Source: Propionibacterium freudenreichii subsp. freudenreichii | GTDB taxonomy: Bacteria > Actinomycetota > Actinomycetes > Propionibacteriales > Propionibacteriaceae | Assembly: GCF_000940845.1 (NCBI RefSeq) | Contig: NZ_CP010341.1 | Span: forward strand, 1,530,001-1,562,000 | Direction of reading: 5' to 3' | Length of the DNA stretch: 32,000 nucleotides | Shown: one piece after another, positions 17,063 to 23,989 of the stretch | How the letters are laid out: each line of letters starts with the position of its first letter | How positions within the stretch are numbered: position 1 is the first letter of the stretch | The notes under the pieces: model-generated | Told to the model about the DNA's origin: nothing | What the model saw: the letters and a program-made list of their open reading frames with translations, nothing else | Databases searched by the model: none | Made by a program: the position numbers and the translations under genes

Positions 17063-17610
17063 TGCTTGCTTCCCGTGTTGCTGCCATCATCGATGGCCCG
17101 GTCATCGACCAGTCCCGGCACGTCGGCCAGGCGGACCACTCCCGCCTCCGCATCGACATGGGGCACGAGCTCGCGCACGAAGGGGACCAGTCGCTCCCCG
17201 GCATCGGTGCGCACCGACAGCACATCCTGGGCAGGCAGGTGGAGCACATCGGACACCACGCCCACACGGCGTTGATCGGCAAGCTCGACGGCCATGCCGA
17301 TCAGCTGTCGATCGTAGAACTCCTCGGAGTCCTCGGGACGCTCGTCGCGCGGCACGTCTGCGAAGAGCACCGTGCCGCGCAGTGCCTCGGCGGCGTTCCG
17401 GTCCGCCACGCCGCCCAGCGTCACCACCAGGCGACCGGAGACCCACCTCGCGGATTCCACGACAAAGCTGCGGTCCGGATCCGAGGCCCGCAGTCGGACC
17501 CCCTTACGCAGACGACGGTCGGGCTCATCCGTACGAACGGTGAGCGTCAGCTCACCGCGCACGCCATGTGCCCGACCGATGACTGCGACGACAACCTCCA
17601 CGGTGTCCAT
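17059..17610 (-). CDS. rimM: 16S rRNA processing protein RimM
   Basis: [14 protein letters not shown] start and a PRC-barrel C-terminal half. 183 aa. It sits between the KH protein and trmD, as in the canonical operon. Confidence 0.9.
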   Translation of the reverse strand: MDTVEVVVAVIGRAHGVRGELTLTVRTDEPDRRLRKGVRLRASDPDRSFVVESARWVSGRLVVTLGGVADRNAAEALRGTVLFADVPRDERPEDSEEFYDRQLIGMAVELADQRRVGVVSDVLHLPAQDVLSVRTDAGERLVPFVRELVPHVDAEAGVVRLADVPGLVDDRAIDDGSNTGSKQ

Positions 17611-17618
17611 CGCGCTAC

Positions 17619-17873
17619 TCAGCGTCGACGCGAACCGCGGCGATCCACGTCGACAAAGTCGATGCGTAGCTGCTCATGGCCGGCCAGGGCCGCCACGACG
17701 GTCCGCAGCGCCGTGGCAGTGCGTCCCTGGCGTCCGATCACACGGCCGATGTCATCGGGATGGACCCTGACCTCGAGCATCCTTCCGTGTCGCAGGTTCT
17801 TGTCGCGAACCTGGACATCGTCGGGATGCGTGACGATCCCCTCGACCAAATGCTCCAACGCATCGTCGAGCAT
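17619..17873 (-). CDS. KH-domain RNA-binding protein (YlqC/UPF0109 type)
   Basis: 84 aa. L..LV..IV..PD.V.V followed by VHPDDIGRVIGRQGRTATALRTV (a KH GxxG loop). It holds the conserved position between rpsP and rimM. Confidence 0.85.
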   Translation of the reverse strand: MLDDALEHLVEGIVTHPDDVQVRDKNLRHGRMLEVRVHPDDIGRVIGRQGRTATALRTVVAALAGHEQLRIDFVDVDRRGSRRR

Positions 17874-17875
17874 GA

Positions 17876-18367
17876 TCAGGCCTTTGCCTGGGAGTCGTCG
17901 GACTTCTCGGCAGGCTTGTCAGCGCTGGCGTCCGGCTTGTCGTCGGCCTTGTCCTTGGCGGGCTTGGTATCGGCGGCCTCGTCCTTGGCGCCCTTCTTGC
18001 TGATGGCGCTGGTGGTGGGCTCCCCATCGGCCTCCGCAAGGGCGGCATTGAACAGGTCAAGCTTGTTCGGCTTGGCGGCCTGCTCCTGGACGCCCGAGGG
18101 AATCGAGGTGTCACCGGTGAACTTCTGCCAGTCGCCGGTGCGCTTCAGCAACGCCACGACGGCCTCGGTCGGCTGGGCACCGACAGAGAGCCAGTGCTGT
18201 GCGCGCTCGGAGTCAATCTTGATGATGGAGGGATCGTTCTTGGGATGGTACTGACCCAGGACCTCGATCTCACGACCATTGCGCTTGGCGCGCTCATCGA
18301 TGACGATGACGCGGTAATGCGGCTCGCGGATCTTGCCGAGCTTCTTCAGACGAATCTTGGTGGCCAC
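17876..18367 (-). CDS. rpsP: 30S ribosomal protein S16 with a Lys/Asp/Ala-rich C-terminal tail
   Basis: Start re-called to GTG 18367 ([22 protein letters not shown]...), preceded by AGGAGA. The track extension to 18508 is rejected. Confidence 0.9.
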   Translation of the reverse strand: MATKIRLKKLGKIREPHYRVIVIDERAKRNGREIEVLGQYHPKNDPSIIKIDSERAQHWLSVGAQPTEAVVALLKRTGDWQKFTGDTSIPSGVQEQAAKPNKLDLFNAALAEADGEPTTSAISKKGAKDEAADTKPAKDKADDKPDASADKPAEKSDDSQAKA

Positions 18368-18512
18368 GGTGTGTGGTTTCTCCTGTAGGACTGCCCGGAA
18401 GCCTGTTCCGGGGCGATGGTTGGCCGTTGACCCACGCGTGGGGACACGCAGACAGCGTCCGATGGTTGTGTGCGCCAGACGTGAGAGGGCGCCACGGCAC
18501 ACAGACATGGCT

Positions 18513-18542
18513 ATTATGCCAGATACGCAGCCCGGGAGTGAA
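18513..18542 (-). promoter_or_regulatory. candidate promoter of the rpsP operon
   Basis: Minus strand reads TTCACT-N18-CATAAT, with TGG just upstream of the -10 element. This would give a ~140-nt leader before GTG 18367. Based on motif inspection only. Confidence 0.3.
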
Positions 18543-18544
18543 AC

Positions 18545-19654
18545 TCAGCGCAGCGCGGATTGCTGCTGCGGCACCCCGCGCAGGACCACCAGTTGCGGAC
18601 GGCGCACGACCTCGAGTTCTTCGCGGGGATCGGCGCCATAGACCACCAGGTCGGCGCTGTCGCCCACCTCCAGTCCCGTGGCCCCCAGCCATTCGCGCGC
18701 CCGCCAGCTCGCAGCGCCCAGGGCGAACTCGTGATCGCCGAGCTGCGCCAGCGCGAGGACCTCGTCGCCGATCCGGCCGTGGTGGATCGTCCCCCCGGCA
18801 TCGGTTCCGGCATAGATCGCCACACCGGCCTCACGGGCCGCCCGCAGCATCGGGAGGTGCCCCTCGAACAGGGCCCGCATGTGTGACGCGTAGCGCGGAT
18901 ACTTCGCCTCCGCGGCCCGCGCGATGTCGGGGAAGGTGGCCAGGTTGATCATGGTGGGCACGAGTGCGACGCCCCTGGCGGCCATCGCCGCGATCACCTC
19001 ATCACTCATGCCCGTGCCATGTTCGATGCAGTCGATGCCGGCACCGACCAACTCGGCCACCGACTGCTCCCCGAAGCAGTGGGCGGTGACGCGCGCACCC
19101 TGTGCGTGTGCCGCTGCGATCGCCATGCTGGCCTCGTCGGGATCCCACAGCGGGGCAAGGTCGCCCAGGTCGCGATCGATCCAATCGCCGACCAGCTTCA
19201 CCCAACCGTCCCCCCGGCGGGCCTGCCGGGTGACCTCGTCGACCAGTTGGCCGGTCTCGATCTCGACGCCGTAGTGACGCAGATAGCGCTTCGGGCGCGC
19301 GATGTGGCGACCAGCCCGGATGATCCGCGGCATGTCCGCTTCATGGTCCAGCTCGTGGGTATCGATCGGCGAACCGGCGTCGCGGATGAGCAGGGTGCCC
19401 GCGTCACGGTCGGTGCGGGCCTGCGCACGGGCCGTGTCCATGGTGGTGCCGCCGTGCGAATCCAGCCCGATGTGGCAGTGCGCGTCGACCAACCCGGGCA
19501 TGATCCAGCAGTCGGAGGCCAGTGTGACCGCCCCGGGCACCGGTCCGGGCGCGACCACCCCGTTGGTGATCCACAGGTCGCGCACCCCACCCTGGGGCAA
19601 CACGGTGCCCCTCAGGTGCCAGGACCGGGCCTGTGGGAGGGCAGCTGTGCTCAT
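18545..19654 (-). CDS. metal-dependent amidohydrolase family protein
   Basis: PGLVDAHCHIG (the HxH metal site), later His/Asp ligands (TAHC, IEHG, GTDAG). Start re-called to ATG 19654 (MSTAALPQ...), 13 nt after the ffh stop. The track extension overlaps ffh. Confidence 0.8.
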   Translation of the reverse strand: MSTAALPQARSWHLRGTVLPQGGVRDLWITNGVVAPGPVPGAVTLASDCWIMPGLVDAHCHIGLDSHGGTTMDTARAQARTDRDAGTLLIRDAGSPIDTHELDHEADMPRIIRAGRHIARPKRYLRHYGVEIETGQLVDEVTRQARRGDGWVKLVGDWIDRDLGDLAPLWDPDEASMAIAAAHAQGARVTAHCFGEQSVAELVGAGIDCIEHGTGMSDEVIAAMAARGVALVPTMINLATFPDIARAAEAKYPRYASHMRALFEGHLPMLRAAREAGVAIYAGTDAGGTIHHGRIGDEVLALAQLGDHEFALGAASWRAREWLGATGLEVGDSADLVVYGADPREELEVVRRPQLVVLRGVPQQQSALR

Positions 19655-19667
19655 CGTCGCGCCGTTG

Positions 19668-21239
19668 CTACTTGTCGAACAGCTTGCGCATCTCGGGGGG
19701 AAGCTCGAAGTTATCTGCCCCCTGGCCCGAGCCCGGAGTACCGAACATCGAGGAGATGTCTGCCTGCGACGGCTGCCCCGTGGGCTTCGGGGCGACGGCA
19801 CGTTGGGCCCCCCGTCGCAGTGGCGCGCCGTTCTTGCCGCGCTTCTTCTTGCCCTTCTTCTGGTTCTTGGGCCGCATCGCGCGGCCACCCCCCATGCCGG
19901 GCATACCCGGCATGGGGGGTACGCCACCGCCGGACCCGAACTTCTGCATCATCTTGCGGGCCTCGACGAAGCGCGTCACCAGCTGGTTCACGTCGTGCAC
20001 CTGCAGGCCGGCACCGGCCGCGATGCGGGCCCGGCGCGAGCCATTGAGGATCGAGACGTCGTCGCGCTCTGCGGGCGTCATCGACAGGATGATGGCCTCA
20101 AGGTGATCAACCTCGCGCTCATCGAGGTTCTCGACGGCCTCCTTCATCTGGCCGCCCATGCCCGGCAGCATCCCGAAGATCTTCGACAGCGGACCCATCT
20201 TGCGCAATTGCTTGAGCTGTCCCAGGAAGTCCTGGAGGCCGAATTCGCCCTTGCCCCGCAGCAGCTTCTCGGCGCTGACGCGGGACTGCTCGGCGTCAAA
20301 GGTCTTCTCAGCCTGCTCGATCAGGGTGAGCATGTCGCCCATGCCCAGGATTCGCGAGGCCATCCGGTCGGGGTGGAAGAGATCGAAATCCGTCAGGTTC
20401 TCGCCGTTGGAGGCGAACATGATCGGCTTGCCGATCACCCGGGCGATCGACAGGGCCGCGCCACCGCGGGCATCACCATCGAGCTTGGACAGCACCACGC
20501 CGTCGATGCCGACGCCCTGCTCGAAGGCCTTCGCCGTGTTCACGGCGTCCTGGCCGATCATCGCATCGACCACGAACAGGGTCTCGTTCGGGGTGACGGC
20601 GGCCTTGATGTCGTGGGCCTGCGCCATCATCTCCTCATCGACGCCCAGTCGACCAGCGGTGTCGACGATGATGACGTCATAGAGCTTGTGCCGGGCCTCA
20701 TCGAGGGATTCCCGGGACACCTGCACCGGATCTCCCACGCCGTTACCGGGCTGGGGGGCGAATACGGGCACGCCGGCCCGCTCGCCGATCACCTGCAGCT
20801 GCTGCACGGCATTGGGCCGCTGGAGGTCAGCCGCCACCAAGACCGGGCTGTGGCCCTGTTCCCGCAGCCAATGGCCGAGTTTTCCGGCCAGTGTCGTCTT
20901 GCCTGCGCCCTGAAGGCCGGCCAGCATGATGACCGTCGGGTCGGTGCCCTTCGAGAAGCGAATCTCACGGGTCCTGCCGCCGAGGATGTCAATCAGTTCC
21001 TCGTTGACGATCTTGACGATCTGTTGGGTGGGGTTCAGGGCCTTCGACAGTTCAAGGCCATGGGCACGTTCCTTGACCTTGGCGACGAATTCCTTGACCA
21101 CCGGCAGCGCGACGTCCGCCTCGAGCAGGGCAATGCGGATCTCGCGGGTGGTGGCGTCGATGTCGGCATCGGTCAGACGACCCTTGCCACGCAACGACTT
21201 GAAGGTATCTGCCAGACGACTCTGCAGGGTGTCGAACAC
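19668..21239 (-). CDS. ffh: signal recognition particle protein Ffh (SRP54)
   Basis: Start re-called to GTG 21239 (VFDTLQSRLADTF...), with GAGGA 6 nt upstream. GLQGAGKTT, DTAGRL and KLDGDARGG. Met/Gly-rich M domain and a basic tail. Confidence 0.95.
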   Translation of the reverse strand: MFDTLQSRLADTFKSLRGKGRLTDADIDATTREIRIALLEADVALPVVKEFVAKVKERAHGLELSKALNPTQQIVKIVNEELIDILGGRTREIRFSKGTDPTVIMLAGLQGAGKTTLAGKLGHWLREQGHSPVLVAADLQRPNAVQQLQVIGERAGVPVFAPQPGNGVGDPVQVSRESLDEARHKLYDVIIVDTAGRLGVDEEMMAQAHDIKAAVTPNETLFVVDAMIGQDAVNTAKAFEQGVGIDGVVLSKLDGDARGGAALSIARVIGKPIMFASNGENLTDFDLFHPDRMASRILGMGDMLTLIEQAEKTFDAEQSRVSAEKLLRGKGEFGLQDFLGQLKQLRKMGPLSKIFGMLPGMGGQMKEAVENLDEREVDHLEAIILSMTPAERDDVSILNGSRRARIAAGAGLQVHDVNQLVTRFVEARKMMQKFGSGGGVPPMPGMPGMGGGRAMRPKNQKKGKKKRGKNGAPLRRGAQRAVAPKPTGQPSQADISSMFGTPGSGQGADNFELPPEMRKLFDK

Positions 21240-21365
21240 GGGATCATCCTCGCTTGGAAATGTTTCAGAAGAATGTGGGGAGGGCCCCAACGGGACCGGC
21301 CGGGGTCAGATGGCGACGGGGATCGCAGGCGTCGCAGTGGTCACCTGCGAGGCCACCGGTGAAGG

Positions 21366-22520
21366 TCACTCCCCCAGGAGGCCATCGACGAATTGTGCTG
21401 CGTCAAAGGGTGCCAGGTCGTCGGGACCCTCGCCGAGGCCAATGAACTTCACCGGCACGCCGAGTTCGCGCTGCACCTGGACCACGATGCCTCCCTTGGC
21501 CGATCCATCGAGCTTGGTGAGCACGATGCCGGTGATGTCGACCACTTCGGCAAAGATGCGGGCCTGGGTGAGGCCGTTCTGCCCGGTCGTGGCGTCGATC
21601 ACCAGGAGCACCTCGTTGACGGGGGCCTTCTTCTCGATGACCCGCTTCACCTTGCCGAGCTCGTCCATCAGACCGACCTTGGTGTGGAGTCGTCCAGCGG
21701 TGTCGACCAGCACGACGTCCACGCCCTCGGTGATGCCCTCATCGACGGCATTGAATGCCACCGATGCGGGATCGGCGCCCTCGTCGCCACGCACCGTACG
21801 AACCCCGACGCGCTCCCCCCAAGTGGTCAGTTGTTCAGCTGCGGCGGCGCGGAAGGTGTCCGCGGCACCGAACAGGACGGTTCTGCCCTGGGCCACGAGC
21901 ATGCGGCCCAGCTTGCCGACCGTGGTGGTCTTCCCGGTGCCGTTCACGCCCACCATCATCACCACGGCCGGGACCGACTCGGCATGGTCGAGGTTGAGGT
22001 CGCGGCTCATGTCCGGGCCGACGATCTTGATGAGTTCGCCGCGCAGCGCCTTGCGGGCGGCGGCCGGGTCGGCCACTCCCCCCACGGCGAGTGCCTTGCG
22101 CAGGTTCTCGACGAGTTCAGTGGCCGGGCCCACGCCCAGGTCGGAGGCGATCAGGGTTGATTCGAAGTCGTCCCATGTCTCATCGTCGATCTTGTCGACG
22201 CTGAGCAGGTCGGCCAGGGCACGAGCCAGAGTGTTCTGCGAGCCGGCAAGTCGGCGACGCAGCCTTGCCAGGCGCGCGCCGGGGGCCTCGGGCGTCTCCA
22301 GTTCGGAGACCGCCTCCTCGGCGGCAGCCTGGGCTGTCGCCGGCGCTGCCGGCGCTCCGGGCTGCTCGGCGGGCTCCTGCTCGACAGTCGTCGGCGTGAC
22401 GGCCTTCGCCTCAGGTGCCGCCGTGACCTGCTTGTTGGAGCGTCCGAACCGGACCGCAACATACGCGACTGCGCAGGCTGCGACGATGCCGGCGACGATT
22501 ACCCAGAAAACCCAATCCAC
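21366..22520 (-). CDS. ftsY: signal recognition particle receptor FtsY
   Basis: N-terminal transmembrane helix (WVFWVIVAGIVAACAVAYVAV), an acidic A-region, then GVNGTGKTTT, DTAGRLH and TKLDGSAKGG. GTG 22520 is the only usable start: an in-frame TAG lies 9 nt upstream and no ATG/GTG/TTG follows in frame for over 100 codons. Confidence 0.9.
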   Translation of the reverse strand: MDWVFWVIVAGIVAACAVAYVAVRFGRSNKQVTAAPEAKAVTPTTVEQEPAEQPGAPAAPATAQAAAEEAVSELETPEAPGARLARLRRRLAGSQNTLARALADLLSVDKIDDETWDDFESTLIASDLGVGPATELVENLRKALAVGGVADPAAARKALRGELIKIVGPDMSRDLNLDHAESVPAVVMMVGVNGTGKTTTVGKLGRMLVAQGRTVLFGAADTFRAAAAEQLTTWGERVGVRTVRGDEGADPASVAFNAVDEGITEGVDVVLVDTAGRLHTKVGLMDELGKVKRVIEKKAPVNEVLLVIDATTGQNGLTQARIFAEVVDITGIVLTKLDGSAKGGIVVQVQRELGVPVKFIGLGEGPDDLAPFDAAQFVDGLLGE

Positions 22521-22528
22521 GCTGGCAG

Positions 22529-22534
22529 TCTAGC
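22529..22534. repeat. target-site duplication TCTAGC (left copy)
   Basis: An identical hexamer directly abuts both IS ends (22529-22534 and 23628-23633). It contains the CTAG core known as the IS481 target. Confidence 0.8.
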
Positions 22535-23531
22535 TGTACTTCCCCGTGACGTTGTGAACGCGGGCTGAGGGAGTCTGGCCGCCGATCCCGGTGTGGGGTC
22601 TGTGGTGATTGTAGTGATGGAGCCAGGTCTCGTAGGCTGCGGCGCGCTCGGCTTCGCTGGCGTAGGGCTTCGCGTAGGCCCACTCGACGGCGAGGGTTCG
22701 GTTGAACCGCTCGACCTTGCCGTTGGTCTGCGGCCGGTATGGCCGGGTCCACTTGTGCTTCACCTCGTCGCCGAGCGCGTCAGCGAAGGCGCCTGACCGG
22801 TAGCAGGAACCGTTGTCGGTCATCACCGCGGTGACTGTGACGCCCAGGCCTGCGAAGAACGCGTTCGCGCGGGTCCAGAACCCCGCTGCGGTCTCTTTGC
22901 GCTCGTCGTCAAGGATCTCTGAGTACGCGATCCGGGAGTGGTCGTCCACGGCGTGGTGCAGATACCGGTAGCCGCGAGAGCCGGCTGCCCCGGCACGGGC
23001 TGCCTTGTCGCGGGCCACTCCCGCGTGACGGTCCTGCATGGATCCGCGACCGTGGGCACGCCACCCGCCGCCGTCGGGGATCCGGCCTTGTTTCTTGATA
23101 TCTACGTGCACGAGCTCGCCCGGCGCGGCGACCTCGTACCGTTTCGGCTTCGGGCGGCGAACCGGCAGCCCGGTGGCCTGGTCGATGTTGATCAGCTTCG
23201 GCATCTTGTATCGGGCGAGCACCCGACCGACCGTGGAACGGTGCAACCGCAGGTGATACGCGATCCGGTGCGGACCCCACCGGCGAGTGAACCGCAACGC
23301 GACGATCCGATGCTCCGTCTTACGCGGAAGCCGGTTCGGTGACGAGGTGGGCCTCGAACTACGGTCGATCAACGGCAGCCCTGCCCGGTACCTGTCGGCC
23401 CACCGCTTCACCGTCGCGGGCGAGCACTGGAACCGTTCCGCCGCCCGCCGCAACGACCAGCCCTGTTCCACGACGAGAACAGCAAGACGACGACGCCCTT
23501 CCGGTGTCAAGGGTGCGTTAGCGTGAGTCAC
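22530..23531 (-). CDS. IS481-family DDE transposase
   Basis: Helix-turn-helix N-terminus (LTPEGRRRLAVLVVEQGWSLRRAAERFQCSPATVKRW). rve core with HVDIK (D), MTDNGSCY (D) and RPQTNGKVERFNRTL (E). Start placed at GTG 23531 (VTHANAPLTPEG), with GGAGG 5 nt upstream. ATG 23573 is the alternative start. Confidence 0.9.
   Translation of the reverse strand: MTHANAPLTPEGRRRLAVLVVEQGWSLRRAAERFQCSPATVKRWADRYRAGLPLIDRSSRPTSSPNRLPRKTEHRIVALRFTRRWGPHRIAYHLRLHRSTVGRVLARYKMPKLINIDQATGLPVRRPKPKRYEVAAPGELVHVDIKKQGRIPDGGGWRAHGRGSMQDRHAGVARDKAARAGAAGSRGYRYLHHAVDDHSRIAYSEILDDERKETAAGFWTRANAFFAGLGVTVTAVMTDNGSCYRSGAFADALGDEVKHKWTRPYRPQTNGKVERFNRTLAVEWAYAKPYASEAERAAAYETWLHHYNHHRPHTGIGGQTPSARVHNVTGKYS
22535..22559. 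repeat. IS481-family terminal inverted repeat (transposase 3' end side)
   Basis: Its reverse complement matches 23603-23627 at 23 of 25 positions. Confidence 0.85.
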
Positions 23532-23591
23532 GAAGACCTCCGTGGTCAGGAGAGTGAGTGTGGTAACCCACATCCTGCCCGGAGGTCTTCG
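23531..23591 (-). promoter_or_regulatory. 12-bp stem able to sequester the transposase SD and start codon
   Basis: CGAAGACCTCCG (23531-23542) is the perfect reverse complement of CGGAGGTCTTCG (23580-23591). In the minus-strand mRNA the 3' arm contains GGAGG and the first base of GTG 23531. The loop is 37 nt. Confidence 0.45.
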
Positions 23592-23602
23592 CTACCTCAC
23601 CC

Positions 23603-23627
23603 GTTCACAACCTCCCGGGGAAGTACA
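23603..23627. repeat. IS481-family terminal inverted repeat (transposase 5' end side)
   Basis: See 22535-22559. Confidence 0.85.
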
Positions 23628-23633
23628 TCTAGC
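23628..23633. repeat. target-site duplication TCTAGC (right copy)
   Basis: See 22529-22534. Confidence 0.8.
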
Positions 23634-23710
23634 GGGCATGTCCGTGGTTCCCCCGGTCATGAGCCCCCAACCAACCTGCCCCGCACGGGTCCCGGCGATC
23701 CCCCGACGAC

Positions 23711-23908
23711 TCAGCGCCTGGGGATCAGGTCGCGCAAGGCCTGCGGAATCTCCGCCTCACCATTGAGGTGGCGTGCCAGCGTGCCCAACCGCCTGGCGAG
23801 CCGGGGATGACGATCGCGGAAATATCCCTGCATGCCCATCATGACCATGGCCACGACGCCAACCGCCAGGGCCAGCACGGCCAACATGGCCAGAATGAAG
23901 ACGATCAC
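23711..23908 (-). CDS. small single-pass membrane protein (65 aa), unknown function
   Basis: GTG 23908 is preceded by GGAGG at 5-nt spacing. The N-terminal hydrophobic helix IVFILAMLAVLALAVGVVAMVMMGM is followed by a basic tail. It lies 79 nt downstream of smc on the same strand. Confidence 0.55.
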   Translation of the reverse strand: MIVFILAMLAVLALAVGVVAMVMMGMQGYFRDRHPRLARRLGTLARHLNGEAEIPQALRDLIPRR

Positions 23909-23989
23909 GGGACCTCCGATCGGTGCGTTGCACCGCCATTATCCCCCATGGCGGCGCGGGCCCCGCCACCGGCCGGTGTCCCGACGACG

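Larger units (their letters stand above)
22535..23627 (-). mobile_element. intact IS481-family insertion sequence (1093 bp)
   Basis: 25-bp terminal inverted repeats TGTACTTCCCCGTGACGTTGTGAAC (22535-22559) and GTTCACAACCTCCCGGGGAAGTACA (23603-23627), with 2 mismatches. A single transposase ORF. Flanked by the 6-bp direct repeat TCTAGC. Confidence 0.85.

Noticed and set aside
17876-18100. Long Lys/Asp/Ala-rich C-terminal tail on S16, considered as a gene fusion.
   Set aside because: From memory, C-terminally extended S16 proteins of about 160 aa are usual in Actinobacteria. There is no separate start or RBS inside the tail.
23634-23710. Several C-runs (TTCCCCCGG, AGCCCCCAA, TGCCCCGC, ATCCCCCGA), reminiscent of the C-rich loops of actinobacterial 6C RNA.
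   Set aside because: I could draw no stable stem-loops presenting the C-runs. The region is more simply the displaced native ftsY upstream region.
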